Source: Mobula hypostoma
Taxonomy: Eukaryota
Assembly: GCF_963921235.1 (NCBI RefSeq)
Contig: NC_086097.1
Location: 165,418,001-165,482,000, forward strand
DNA: 64,000 nt
Reading direction: 5' to 3'
Part shown: positions 25,201 through 38,797 of the stretch, piece by piece
Position numbering within the stretch: the first letter of the stretch is position 1
How the letters are laid out: each line of letters opens with the position of its first letter
Notes under the pieces: model-generated
Told to the model about the DNA's origin: nothing
The model's database searches: none
What the model saw: only the letters and a program-made list of their open reading frames with translations
Made by a program: the position numbers and the translations under genes

Positions 25201-26950
25201 TATTGACTAGCTTTCCTCATAGCTTTCCTTTTCTCTCTTGATGGCTTTTTTTGGTTGCCTTCTGTTGGATTTTAAAAGCTTCCTAATCCTCAAACTTCCC
25301 ACCCATTTTTGCTATACTATATGCATTCTCTTTTGCTTTTATGCTGTTTTTGACTTTGCTTTTCCAACCACAGTTGCCTCATCCTCCCTTTAGAATACTT
25401 CTTAATCTTTGAGATTCATCTATCTTGTGCCTTCCAAATTGCTCCCAGAAACCCCAGCCATTGCTGCTCTGCCATTATCCCTGATAGAGTTCCTTTCCAT
25501 TCAATTTTGGCCAGCTTCTCTCTCATGCCTCCATAATTCCCTTTACTCCACTGATACATCTGACTTTATCTTCTCCCTCTCAAACTGTAAGGTGAATTAT
25601 GTCATATTATGATCACTGCCTCCAAGGGTTCCTTTACCTAAAGCTCACTAACAAATCTGGTTCATTACACAACACCAGTTCAGAATTGCATTTCCCCTAG
25701 TGGGCTCAACCACAGGCTGCTCTAGAAAGCCACCTCATAGGCATTCTACCAATTCGCTCTTGGGATCCAGCATCAACCTGATTTTCCCAGTCTGTCTGCC
25801 TTTTGAGACCCCCCCCCACCCCCAATGACTATCGCAACATGCCTTTTCTACCTCCTATTGTAATTTGTATCCCACATTCTAGCTACTGTTCGGAGGCCTG
25901 TATATAGTTTCCATCAGGGTCTTTTTATCCTTGCAGTTTTTAAACTCAACCTACAAGGATTCTACATCTTTCAATCCTATCTCACCTATTTGTAAGGATT
26001 TGGTTTCATTTTTTACCAACAGAGCCACTCACTCCCTCTGCTTATCTCTCTGTCTTTTCAATACAATGTGTATCCTTGGATGTTAAGCTCCCAACTATGA
26101 TCCTCTTTCAGAGACAACTCTGGTGCCCACAATGTCGTACCTCTAACTGCACTACAAGATAATCTACTTTATTCCGTATTCTGTGTGCATTCAAATATAA
26201 CACCTTCAGTCCTTTTTCATTGCCCTTTTCGATTTTGTTACCCATGTTCAACTCATTGCACTGACTGCAACTTTGCCCCATCATCTGCCTGTCCCTCATC
26301 ACACTCCCACTGCACACCACATCTACTTGTATACCAACGGCCCTATCACTCTGGTCCCCATACCCCTATCAAATTAATTTAAACCCTCTCTCAACAGTTT
26401 TAGCAAACCTGCCCACAAAGATATTTGTCACCCTCGGGTTCAGGTGTAACCCGTCCTTTTTGTACAGGGCATAACTTCTCCCGAAGAGATCCCAATGATC
26501 CAGAAATCTGAAACATTGCCCCCTGCACTAAATCATCAGCCATGCATTTATCTGCCAAATCATCCTATTCCTACCCTTACTGATATGAGGCACAGTGAAG
26601 TGTCAGAACAACAAGCTTACTCTCAAAGTCAGTAAGACTGAGGAATTGATTGTGGACTTCAGGAAATGGAAACTGGGAGAATACTTTGCTGATCTCATTG
26701 ACGAGTCTGCAGTGGAAAAGGTGAACAGCTACTTGTTCATGGGTGTCAGCATCTCAGAAGATGTATCATGGGTACAACATAGAGATGCAATTACAAAGAA
26801 AGCACGCTAGTGTCTATCGTTCATTAGGAGTGTGAAGAGATTTGATATGTTATCTAAAAATGTACCTAGAAAGCACTCTGATTGGTTGCATCACTGTCTG
26901 GTATGAAGGCCCCGATGCACAGGATTGGAAAAAGCTCCAGAAGGTTATGC
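22270..26950 (+). mobile_element. Rex1/Babar fragments interrupted by CR1 copies
   Basis: [13 protein letters not shown]...[19 protein letters not shown] (22231..), DYSLAFNRI (23089..) and NNKLTLKVSKTEELIVDFRK (26595..). Confidence 0.7.
23470..26595 (-). mobile_element. Large CR1 copy (ORF1 end to 3' UTR, deleted and frameshifted)
   Basis: LKVLYLNAHRIRNKVD (26108..), EDWKIANVTPLFKKG..NYRPVSLT (24330..) and RKANAMLAFISRGLEYKSKD (23556..). Confidence 0.9.
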
Positions 26951-28549
26951 CAGACATTCAGTCTCTCTACCACAAATTCACCATGGCTGCAGGATGTATC
27001 ACCTACTGGATGCTAACTCTGAAACTTGTATCCTGAACCATCTGGAATGTTGCGGACAATAGATGCCTAAGAACATCATTAGCTCCAAGTGCACAGGACA
27101 CTACACACTATCCTGGCTTGGAAATGTTATTGATCCTTCATAACCACAGGTGAAAATCTCAAAAACCCTGCTCGCCCTTTAGGAGTATTCTTACAACATG
27201 GAGTGCAGTAGTTCAAGAAAGCAGCTCACACTGGCTAAAATGTGGGATGTCATTGGATTATCTCCTCCCCTTTACTGAGTCAAAGAGAACCTGGATTCTC
27301 TTTGAAAAAAGGTCTTTTATCCCATACATTTCTAAATCTTTTCACACAGATTCTGTTTGACCTCTGCTACCAACATTTTCTTTCTCACATTGTGGCCTTT
27401 AGAAGTTAAACTAGAACCATTTAATTTTTTTAGTTGGAGGTGGCAAGGAAGGAAGTTCCTGTCAACGAATACAGATAATGTAACTCTCTGGGCTTTGGGC
27501 TTTGCCAGTCTGAGTGTCTTGTATATTTTTGGTTGTTTTGATGGTCATCAAGTAAAGAGAAACTATATTCTGAGAACATCTTTGAGAAAATGGACTGAGC
27601 AAGTTCTATTGTTGTCAGGGGAACTGGACAATCTTGACGAAGATTTTGAACTTTCTGGTGCTCATTTCTAATATCCTCCACAATACACTATTTGATGCAA
27701 AATTCATCCATATTTAAGAGATTTCCCTCTGAGATTGGTGCAGGCTTGAGTCCTCTGATGTTGAATTTGTGTTCTAATCAGGCGGGGGATGCCAAAAAAC
27801 TGCACTAAGTAAGTGTGACTTACTGGCTGTGTTGTGGGTAGGAGGTAGGAAGAGTTTAACAGTCAAATATTTATTAACCGTGCTGGGCAAAGAGGCATGA
27901 AGACAAAATGGGAAGTAATTAGTTTTGCTGGAATTGAGGATTAAAATGTGTTGAATTTTAATATGGTTTAACATGCAAGTATTAAAGGCTGCAATAAATT
28001 TAAGGTGGTTTCAGAACTTTGCTGACAATAAATGTGGAAAAATAGCTGAAATGCAACTTAAAGTGCATGGTTTAAGTTCTAAATCTGCAATTAAAAACAG
28101 GCAGGTACTAAATGTTTTTAGGCTTTTCGCTATAAATTTTAGTTATTTCATGCAGGTTCTGTTTCTGGGACAGATGGTGCAATGGTAATCTTGAGTCTTG
28201 GATGTGGAGTTTCCATGGTGGGGTTTGCCATACCTGGCACTATGCACCCGGCCCAGTTTGAACTTTTAATTAAGTTAGTGGAGCATGAAACATGTGATGG
28301 CTTCTCTGTTGTATTTGAAATTGAAGCTCATATGCAGAAAAACTTCATTAATGCACTAAAGTTGAATCAGGCAGCAAAGTTAAAGGGCATGACTGCAGCC
28401 ATGTTTCCTTCTCCCAAAGCAGCTGAATGACTTAAAACACTATCAATGTTTTTTTCCTGAAAGCATTTTATCAGGCAAATAGTCTTGTATTAAGTGCCTT
28501 TTGCAACTTGGAGTATTCCAAAGAATTTATAGACACGGTTGTAGCGTAG

Positions 28550-28784
28550 TGTTGTAATGTGAGCATTATTAAAAGTAAGTTAGTACTAATTAGGATAATT
28601 TGGGGGGTCGGGGTTTACTTCCATTCTTTTTACTTCCGGTGTGCTTTGTATATGGTGTTCCTGCCATGCCATACGGGTTGCAAAAGCCTCTGTATATACA
28701 TATTGGCTTTGATGATCGAGATAAAGTTGTTTCTTTGGGCATGAAGTTGTCGAGTGTGCCTTTTTCAAAGTAGAAGTTACCACA
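28550..28784 (+). repeat. 5' LTR
   Basis: Direct repeat of 32707-32934, with TG...CA termini. Confidence 0.95.
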
Positions 28785-28874
28785 TATTTTTGGCGATGAG
28801 GTGAACTGGTTTTGTGGACGTGGTGGCACGTTTCGAACGGGAGCAGCAGCGCCAATAAGGGGCCTCATGTTTGG

Positions 28875-31800
28875 ATGGCTACGTTTGGGACTATCGTTGA
28901 TTTTGTGGAGGTAATGGAGGACTGGCAGGAATCTGAGGAAAGGTTGGGACACTTTTTCTGTGCTGATGGAATTACTGAGGAGGCTTTAGGCTTCTGAGTG
29001 TGTATGGGGCAAAGACTTACAAGCTAATAAGGAATTTAGCCACACTGCGGAAACCGGGGGACATTCCATATGATAAACTGGTCAAGCTCGTGCAGAACCA
29101 CTACAATCCAAAACCTTCTGTGATAATCCAATGGTGTAAGTTTCACAGCTGTTTCAGGAAGCCAGGTCAGTCTGTGGCCAATTTTGTGGCCGAGCTTCGG
29201 CAGCTGTCAGAGCATTGTGATTTCGGAGCGGTGTTGGGTGACATGCTCCGTGATAGATTGGTATGCGGCATTAATAATGACGGCATACAACACTGCCTGT
29301 TAGGGAATCCCCACCACTGACTTTCAAGAAAGCCTTAGAGATTGCCCAATGCATGGAGATGGCTGCTAATAAAAGAAAGGACATGGGGGGTCGCATTTGG
29401 TGGCAGTGCACCAAGTCAGGAGGGAGACTGCTAAACAAGCAAGGCGGGCAGAATGTTTCCAGTGTGGAGGGGACGCACTATGCAAATGATTGCAAATTCA
29501 AAGATGCTGTCTGCATGCTTGTCGCAAAAAGGGACATTTAGCTAAAAAGAGCAGAAGTTGATAGGGTAAGATTAAGCCTGGGCAGGGGAAGCTCAACAGG
29601 GTCAGGCAGCCACGCACCATCTAGAAGAAGCAGATGGAGAGGCAGCGTGTGCCTACAACGTGTTTGCAGTGGAAACAGATGAGGAATCACCTGAACCATA
29701 TTATGCCACAGCCACAGGGGAAAGGACATTAAGTTTGAGATTGATTCAGGGGCTACTGCATCAATCATTAGTGAGGAGACCTACAGGAGGACATGGGGGT
29801 CCAACCTGCCTCCCATTAGACCGTCAAAGCTCAAACTTAGGACCTATACGGGGCAGCCCATACCTCATTTAGGGGTGTTATGTGTGGACATTTCAGCCGG
29901 GGGTCAGAAGGCTGAAGCCAGACTAGTGATAGCTAAGGGCAGGGGGCCCAGTCTTTTGGGTTGCGATTGGCTTCGCAAAATCCGGCTAGACTGGCATGAA
30001 ATTAAGTATGTGCACACGACGGAGAACATTCTGCATCGGTATAGTGGAGTTTTCAGGGACGAGCTGGGCACGTTGAAGGGTGTGACAGTGAAACTCCATG
30101 TCGACCCTGAGGCTACACCATGTTTTTTTAAGCCCAGGTCGGTGCCCTATGCCATGAAAGGCAAAGTCGAGGAGGAACTGGAACATTTACAGAGGCTGGG
30201 CATTATTGAGCCTGTCCAGTTTTCAAGGTGGGCGGCTCCCATTGTTCCAGTTTTGAAGGCAGACAAAATGGTGAGAATACGTGGGAATTATAAGCTTACT
30301 GTAAATCAGGTCTCTAGGCTGGAGGAGTACCCGTTGCCACGGGTGGATGACCTGTTTGCGACCCTGTCGGGGGTAAGCTGTTCACAAAGCTGGACGTGAA
30401 CCACGCTTACCAACAGCTGCTGCTCGACGAGGATTCAAAGGAGTACGTCACAATTAATACGCTCAAGGGATTATTCAAGTAAAATCGCCTGGTGTTTGGA
30501 GTGGCTTCCAGCCCTGCCATTTTCCAAAGGACATTGGACACTTCGCTGCAGGGGATTCCGCACGGAGCAGTGTACCTTGATGATATTTTGATCACAGAGG
30601 TGGAGCATCCGGCTAGTTTAGAACGGGTGCTGAAGAGGCTCTCAGACACAGGGCTGCGGTTGAAGCGCAGAAAATGTGTGTTCCTGGCATCGAGTGTGAC
30701 TTACCTGGGACACAAGATCACAGCTGAGGGGCTTTGCCCTGTGGAGGACAAAGTGAGAGCTATTAAAGAGGCCCCAAGCCCCAAAACCGTCACTGAACTC
30801 AGATCATTTTTGGGCATGGTGAATTATTATGGCAAGTTTCTTCCTGACCTCTCAAGGGTATAAGCTGCTTCAGAATGACACTAAGTGGCAGTGGCGTGAA
30901 GAGCAGGAGAAAGCTTTCAAGGAAGTGAAAGAATTCCTCCACTCAGCGATGCTGCTTGTTCACTATGACCCAGACAAGGAGATCACCCTTGCATGCGATG
31001 CCTCACCCTATGGAGTCAGGGCAGTTCTCTCACATGTAATGGAGGACGCTCAGAGAAGCCTATTGGTTTTGCTTCACGTACCCTGACAGCTGCTGAGAAG
31101 GGATATTCACAGCTAGACAAAGAAGGTCTGGCCATTGATTTTGCAGTCAAACGCTTTCATCAGTACCTTTATGGACGCATATTTACAATTTATATGGACC
31201 ATAAACCACTGATGAAAGTGAGACTAGCTGCATCCCACCGCTAGCCTCAGCCAGGATACAGCATTGGGCTCTTACATTGTCAGCCTACCAGTACACTATA
31301 GTGTACAGAGCGGGTGAGGATAATGCAAACGCTGATGCACTGAGTCGACTACCTTTACCTGAGACACCTGTTACTACACATGTGCCTCCAGAGACTGTGT
31401 TTTCATTGGAGAGGCTGTCAGAGACACCTGTAAGGGCAACCCAGATCAAGCAGTGGACAGAGAGGGACCCAGTCCTGTCCCAGGTCAAGACTTTTCTTTT
31501 ACAAGGTTGGCCCAGAGTCGTGGAAGGAGAGGGACTGAGGCCTTATGCCAAACGCAAGACAGAACTCAGTCTGCAGGATGGCTGCATTTTCCGGGGCGCG
31601 AGGGTCATTGTGTCTCCCACTGGCTGTTCACAGATTGTGGAGGAAATTCATGAGGTCACCCAGGGGTGTCTCGAAAGAAAAGCCTTGCACGATCCTACAT
31701 TTGGTGGCCAAGAATGGATCAGGATCTGGAGAACAAAGTAAAATCATGCACGCAATGTCAGACTTATCAGAATATGCCACCACCAGCTCCTTTGCACCCA

Positions 31801-32513
31801 TGGGAGTGGTCAGACCACCCCTGGTCTAAGCTACATTTAGACTTTGCTGGCCCTTTTATGGGGCAGATGTTTCTTGTAATGGTAGATGCGCATTCTGAAT
31901 GGATTGAAGCTCACATCACGAACAACATCGCAGCCCCTTCAACCACAGACAAACTCAGGCAAGTGTTTGCAGTCCACGGATTACCTGACACTCTGGTCAC
32001 TGATAATGGCCCGACATTCACCAGTGAGCTGTCCAGTGAGTTCATGCAGCAGAATGGCATTCATCACATTCGGACGGCCCCTTTCCACCCAGCCTCAAAT
32101 GGTTTGGCTGAGTGGGCTGTTCAGATAGTGAAGGAAGGCCTAAAGCCGATGGCATTTCCTGTTTAAATACCGCCTCACGCCACAGGCTACGACTGCCCGC
32201 ACTCCAGCAGAGATGCTGATGGGGTGTAGGCCCAAGTCAAGATTGGACCTGCTGCGCCTGGACATGAAGGCAAAAGTGAGACAGACTGGTGGAAGCATGT
32301 CCACCAGTGACTTTGCCAGAGGGTGAGACGCTGGCAGAAGGGTCGGGGTCCCCTGAAGAGGATGGATATTCTCACACAGACACACAGACCCCTCTCATGC
32401 CCCCAACACCAGACCCACCCAAAACACCATCACCAGTGGTGCCTTCTGGGTCACCGCGGGTAGTGCGCAGATTACGGCGCACTTGTAAACCCCCTGACAG
32501 ACTGAATCTTTGA
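28875..32513 (+). pseudogene. Gypsy gag-pol pseudogene
   Basis: gag LRDRLVCGI with two Zn-knuckle remnants, protease EIDSGA, RT YLDDILI, RNase H DASPYG, integrase CTQC / DFAGP / TDNG. Many frameshifts and stops. Confidence 0.93.
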
Positions 32514-32706
32514 TGGGACAGATTTTTGTTGTTGTTGTTGTTAGATTGAATGTTGAATCTGACATGTTTTCCAGATGTTTTGTATTGATAAACTGTTGCT
32601 GAGATACTAGTATAAGTTTTCAGGGGTACGCAAGTTAATAACACCACTATTTTTGTTTCCTAGTTTTTTTACGTTTGGGGAATGTTGGATTTTAAAGGGG
32701 GGGAAG

Positions 32707-32934
32707 TGTTGTAATGTGAGCATTATCAAAAGTAAGTTAGTACTAATTAGGATAATGTTTTTTTTTACTTCCATTCTTTTTACTTCTGGTGTGCTTTGTA
32801 TATGGTGTTCCTGCCATGCCGTACGGGTCGTGAAAGCCTCTGTATATACATATCAGCTTTGATGTTTGAGATAAAGTTGTTTCTTTGGGCATGAAGTTGT
32901 CGAGTGTGCCTTTTTCAAAGTAGAAGTTACCACA
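32707..32934 (+). repeat. 3' LTR
   Basis: Preceded by a polypurine tract and followed by the TSD CGTAG. Confidence 0.95.
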
Positions 32935-32939
32935 CGTAG

Positions 32940-33200
32940 GGAGTGGAGTAGCCAGTTTCACAGTAAGCTTCAATGAACAGCAATGTGATAATCAGAGATT
33001 ACTTTGACAGAAGGACAAATTGTGATGAGTATTCCTCAGCTTTTTGAATAGTGTGATGGGATCTTTTGCAGCCATCTGGGAGAAGTGGCCTCGGTTTAAT
33101 GTTTCACCCAGTGGATGACACCACCAAAGATGCACCACTATTTGCAGAATGGCACTAGGATGACAACCCAGATTTTCTGCTGAGGTCTCTTCACTGAATA
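32940..33200 (-). mobile_element. Old Deu-domain-like SINE remnant split by the Gypsy insertion (other part about 28490-28549)
   Basis: Motifs tgggatctttt, ggcctcggtttaatgtttcacc and cagcaatgtgataat, recalled from Deu-SINE consensus sequences. Not verified by alignment. Confidence 0.5.
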
Positions 33201-34451
33201 TAGGTGCAACTTACATGGAGTTGTTGGCCTCCTGTAGTAAATACTTTTCACATTATTTTGTATCCCACCACCCCTATAAATATTATTGCAATGAACAGCA
33301 GCTCGATTGACTTATCCCGCTGTTTCATGAGGCCAAGGTACAACTCCAGCTAACTTGACTATCCGTGCAGTGATGTAATTAAAACCAAAAGCTTGTTGCA
33401 TCTACACATGCCAGCACACATCTGTTTAAGGACTACTTGAGCACTTTCTCCAGGAAATGTAGCTAGTCATTTTATCCTTTATTCTTTTAACAATTCTTTA
33501 ACCCCTTCCAATATAAATCTGACCTAGTTGCCTTAGAAACATAGGGCTATGTTAAGATCCTTGGGGAGTGAGAGGTTAATTAAAACCAATACTCTTGGCA
33601 AAATCTGGAAAGTATTGTAAAGTTCTGTTTTCAGTTATTGGAGCTGGGAGAATGCATTTTTCCGCTACCTCCTTTGTTGCAGGGTCTTTCTCTAAAAGCT
33701 CTCAACCAGCACTACAACCAGAGGTTTGCAAGTGATGATTGTCCTTCCCCAAATAGTCATTCGCACTTACAAATATAATCACTGAAACTTGCAGGGTTTT
33801 TGGTTATGGATATAATACGTTTTGGGCAATAAATAAAATGAGTCTCTTGACATCTGCATATAAACTGCTTTTCAAGCCTAGTGGTCCTGCATGGCACCGT
33901 TGATTTGCTTTTCTCTAATTCTGAATTTGGCAATTATGCTTAAAGCTGTTTAACTGTTCACTACCCTGTTGTTGGTTTAGAATACATGGAAGGGCAATTT
34001 AGAGTTGCCACTACAGCCAATTTAGAGTTGATTTCTTCTGGAGTGATTTACATATTCACTTATTTCACTAATTAGTTTTCACTATCAAACAAACAAAAAG
34101 AAAGAGGAAAACTCTATCCCACAAAGTTCAAAGTGAATTTATTATCAAAGTATGTATATGTTACTCTATACTACCTTAAGATTTATTTTCTTGCATGCAG
34201 GCGGTTAGAGAAAAAGTGAAGAGCAATAGGATTCTTTATGAAAAATTATACATAAACGAAGACTGACAAACAACCAATGCATCAGGCCTCAGGCTGAAAT
34301 GAGAAATGTCTTCACTTGTAGTAATGAGTCTGGAGAATGGCAAAGGCTCAGTAAAGGATTTAATTTGAAACTGAGGTTCATACATTATTAGATAGTGGAG
34401 GAATGAAGAAATATGGGTTTAGAGCTGGAAATGAAGGATAGAGTAGGATAA

Positions 34452-37400
34452 TGTAATGGGTTACTGATGACATATATTGTTCATAGTAGAAACTGTTCTA
34501 CATAATTCACAAACATTGTCATTGAGTTTTTGTGTTCTCTTTAAGAGCTGGCGTCTAACATATGATGTTAGTGTAAGGCGACTACTTTTGGTTTTGTTCA
34601 TAACGGAAATAAAGAGTTGCAGTTTCTGTTAAGCACATAAACAACTCTCGCATGTTCTGTTCACAAAATCCTACATTGGTGACCCAGATGCTGCCTGACG
34701 TTTCCAGAATTGCTCAATGACATGTCAACCAACGTAGTAACTTTGATACTGCTGGAGTTTTGGGAGCAGCACGTAATCGTGTGGTTTGCACAGACGGAAG
34801 CCCAATTTGTGCTGCAAGAAATCACCATGGTCAATACCAAATTTCACTACATTGTAGCATCGTTAAGTAGTTCCACTGCAGCCAAAGTGGTGTGTTTACT
34901 AGAAGACTCACCAGCCCACTCTGAAAACTCACCTATTACAGATGTTTAGACTGTCAGAGCCTAAGTGTGCCCAACAGTTGCTCTCCTTGCCTGGCCCTGG
35001 GGACACTAGGCCTTCAGAACTAATAGACCACGTACTATCTCTCCTGGGCAAGCACCATCCATCAAGTGTGCTCAGCCTTCGCTAGTACACCGATGAATGT
35101 TTATAGGGGGCTTGCTAAAATGGTCGATAGTCTACACTCAACCAGGCAGAGATGCTCTGTTTCTCTTCCTTTCCTTGGCTCAATAAGCCCCATTAGAAAA
35201 GCCTCCAGCGTACTTACACCCACAGCTCCAAACCAGATAATGCTGGGTTTATGTTTTTACCATGCACACTTCGACATGAACACCATAGATTCCAGCTGCC
35301 GTGATCATCTATTGTTCGTTACAGACTCCCTTTCAGGGTGAAGCTTCCTGTGATACACAGGCGCTTGATTGTGCTGCCAACATCACCCATGGATTGTAAT
35401 GCTGAGAGTGGCGGACCCTCACTGGAGGCCACCACCAGCAGAAGGATCCAAACATATGGGACATGATGAGTTACAATGCTTGAGTGGACAACACCACAGG
35501 TGAGACTTTGTCTTCACTTAAGCTGCTAGACCTCTGCTTGGTGCAGATTTCCTGTGCACGAATGCAAAGGACTGTATCCTGTTAAGTTCCCCACAATGAC
35601 TCTGTTGCATGCATCGACATGTGAATTCACTCGCCTGCTGGGCAAATTCCCAAACCTCGCCAAGCCCACATTTCACTGCAGTCACAAAGCATGGGGTCGA
35701 GCACACACTTCCACAACTGGTTCACCGGTCCACGCCCGTGCATGTAGGCTGGACTCAAAAGCTGAGTTTGCTAATGTGGAAATGCTTGGCATTGTACACA
35801 GGTCGAATAGTCCTTGGGCTTTACCCAAACACATGGTCCCTAAGCCCGATAGTGTTTGCTGTCCGTGCAGTGGTTACCACCATCTTAACAAGGCCACCAC
35901 ACTGATTGTTGTCTGCTACCACATATGCAAGACTTCTCGGCACATTTAGCCAGAAAGATATTTTTTTCTAAAATGGATTTAGTCAGGAACTATCATCAGA
36001 TGCCTCTGTGCACTGAGGACATTCCCAAAACTTCTGTTATAACCCCATTTGGCTTATTTGAGTTTGTGCACATGCTGTTTGGGCTGAAAAATGCAGCACA
36101 GACTTTCCAGCGGCTAATGAACTCTGTTGAAACACTTAGATTTTCTTTTTGTTTACTTGGAAGATATACTTGTCACCAGCGCATCCAAAACCAAACACTT
36201 ACCACATGTCTGCACACTCTTCAAGCACTTAAGCCAACGTGGACTGATTATTAACCCCACTGAATCCCAGTTCAGGTTGGCTACTATTGACTTTCTAAGC
36301 CATTGCATCTCTGCAGAAGGTACAATACCCTTGCCATCAAAAGTTGCTGCTGTTATGGACTTTGCACGGCAAGAATTTTTAAGTATGGTGAATTTCTATC
36401 ACTTTTTCATTCCATGAGCTGCTAAACTTATGGTCTCCTTGTATAGTGCCCTTAAATGCAGTGCCCATTATCGCATGCTTGAGTGGTCAGTGGGCATGAC
36501 CAGTGCATTTGAAGACACCAGATAAGCTCTTTTGAACGCGACCCTACTGGCGCACACACTCCTCAATGCACCTATAGCCATCACTACTGACACGTGGACA
36601 ATGCTGTGGGTGCTGTGCGTGAACAGTTGGTTGGAGGTGTGCCTTCTTCAGCCATCAGATCCCCCCACCCCAGGAGGAAGTACAGCATGTTTCACCGCGA
36701 GCTTCTTGATCTCTATCTGGCTATGCTCCATTTTCATTGTCTACGGGATGATCAGGGTTTCAAGGCGTTCTCTGACCACAAACCCCTTGTGCACACAATG
36801 GCGAAAGCGTCAGACCCTTGCAGCAATGACGCCTGGCCTACGTTTCAGAATTCATGACTGTCATACAGCATGTTGAAGGGAAAAATAATGCTGGTGGCCT
36901 CTCATGGCCCGCCATCAATGCCATACACACCGACGTTGGCTATGCCGGCATGGCAGCCAACCAAGCCGCTGACCCAGAGGTCCAGGTTTACCGGACAGCA
37001 CTCACGGGCTGATGTCAGGTTCGGGGATGCAAGAGTTTCTCTCCTGTGCAATGTCTCAAACGGTAGCCTTTGCCCCATTGTGTCTGCAAAATGAAGGCAA
37101 ACTCCATTGCATCCAGGTGGGAAGGCTTCAAAGAAACCAGTTGCTTTTAAGATTGTGTGGCACGGCCTTAGGAAAGACTTGTGAGACCGGAGTGCAGCCT
37201 GTTTTGTGTGTCAGCGGGTGAAAATTTCCTGTCACCTTTGGGCACCATCAGCACTATTCAAGGTCCCTGAGCAACGGCCTGACCACATCAATGTGGACCT
37301 AGTTAGTCCTGTTTCCACCCCACCCCTCCTGCAATTTCACACATTTCCTTACCATTGTGGACTGTGCCACCAGGTGGCCAGAAGTTGTCCTCTGGCATTG

Positions 37401-38285
37401 ACCACAGCTGTGGGTGTGGCTCATGTGTTCATTAATACCCGGATCGCTTGGTTTGGCACGCCATCTGATACTTCTTCCTACCACGACCGCGGTCCCCAAT
37501 TCACGTCGGATCCCTGGGCCACGATGGCCCAAAACGTCGGTGTCAGAGGTAAGTTTTTCACACAGAGAGTGGCGGGTGCATGCCATGCACTGCCAGCAAC
37601 AGTGGTAGAAGCGGATACAATAGGGTCTTTTAAGAGACTCTTAATTAAATACATGGAGCTTAGTAAAATAGAAGGCTATGTGATAGGGAAATTCCAGGCG
37701 GCTTCTGGAGTAGGTTACATGGTCGGCACAACATTGTGGGCTGAAGGGCCTGTAATATGCTGTAGATTCCGTGTTTCTGTGCTAAACTGCATCACACCAT
37801 GACATATCACCCACGGACCAATGGGCTGCTCTGAGGCCATCCTGACGGACAAGTGTTGACACAGTTGTCTCCCATGGGTCCTACGGGTGCTCATAACAGC
37901 TCCAAAAGAGGACCTGCAGTCCTCTGCGGCTGAGTTGATGTACAGGCAGCTGCTACGGGCGACTTTATTCCTGACGTCACGAACCTCCTCAGTAAATTCA
38001 ATAATTTTACACCTATTGCTACTTCCCATCATGGCACACCGCACCCCTGGGTTCCAGTTGACCTACCTTGTTCGTTTTTGTCCACTGTGCTGCCGATAAA
38101 CACCCCCTTAAGCCCCCTTACGATTGCTTGTTCAGCATTTTAGAACAGGGTGAAAACACCCTACACAGGCCCCCATGTAGGGTAGGAAGGTTAAGCCTGA
38201 ATGTATTACTTTGGATACTTTAAGTTGGCCATCCAAGACCTGGATGGTTTCACTATCGTATCCCCTGTACCACGACAGGTCCATG
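34452..38285 (+). mobile_element. Decayed CsRn1/Kabuki-like Gypsy element, 3' LTR not found
   Basis: Putative LTR 34452-34675 (TGTAA...CTACA); PBS TGGTGACCCAGATG (tRNA-Trp type); gag VWFAQTEAQF and CFYHAHF; RT ITPFGLFEF..M.FGLKNAAQTFQR and YLEDIL; RH SDHKPL; INT DRGPQFTS. Confidence 0.88.
37540..37783 (+). mobile_element. CR1 3' end inserted in the Gypsy integrase
   Basis: Integrase ...MAQNVG breaks into CR1 RGKFFTQRV... and resumes as KLHHTMTYHP. Confidence 0.8.
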
Positions 38286-38450
38286 ACAGTCGATATTTTG
38301 CATTGAGGCCCTTCATCAGAACTCGTGAATCCTGGTGAAAGATCTCGCACTGAGACATCGACTCTTTATTTCTCTCCATAGGTGTCGCTGGACCCACTGT
38401 GTCTTGCTCAAGATTTCTAGCATCTGCAGAATCCCTTCCTTTCATTCTGT
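38286..38450. mobile_element. Penelope pseudo-LTR-derived inverted remnant
   Basis: Two decayed hammerhead-like motifs in opposite orientations, plus the ctagcatctgcag tail. Confidence 0.6.
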
Positions 38451-38797
38451 TCTCAAAACTACACAAAAAAGGGGGTGAAGCTCTTTAAGACAGTGTGGAA
38501 TAGATCCACAAGATCCTCGTTGATGGGGATTTGAGTAGGCTGCGGGCCAAATCATATAAAAGGAGCCACAAAACAAGAAGATATTGTCAGATAACTCTCA
38601 CTCTCCCAGACTTAGCCAGGTGGATGGTTTTATGTGTTCCAAGCCATTCAAAGACTTGTAAGATGCCTTAAAGAAAATTTGTGTTCTTTTCTTTAAAATG
38701 ATATATTCTAAAATTAAAATTGCAAGCTGCTTTGTTTTATCTTTTTTGAAATAATAAACTATGCTTAATAGTCCTAAATTACCAAATACTTGATATA

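Larger units (their letters stand above)
28550..32934 (+). mobile_element. Full-length, decayed Ty3/Gypsy LTR retrotransposon (Mag-like)
   Basis: LTRs 28550-28784 and 32707-32934 (TGTTGTAA...TTACCACA), 5-bp TSD CGTAG, PBS-like TGGCGATGAGG at 28791-28801, PPT at 32694-32706. Domain order gag-PR-RT-RH-INT. Confidence 0.96.

Noticed and set aside
28875..32513. Active retrotransposon or endogenous retrovirus
   Set aside because: Numerous frameshifts and stops, no env ORF, and a shortened integrase C-terminus.
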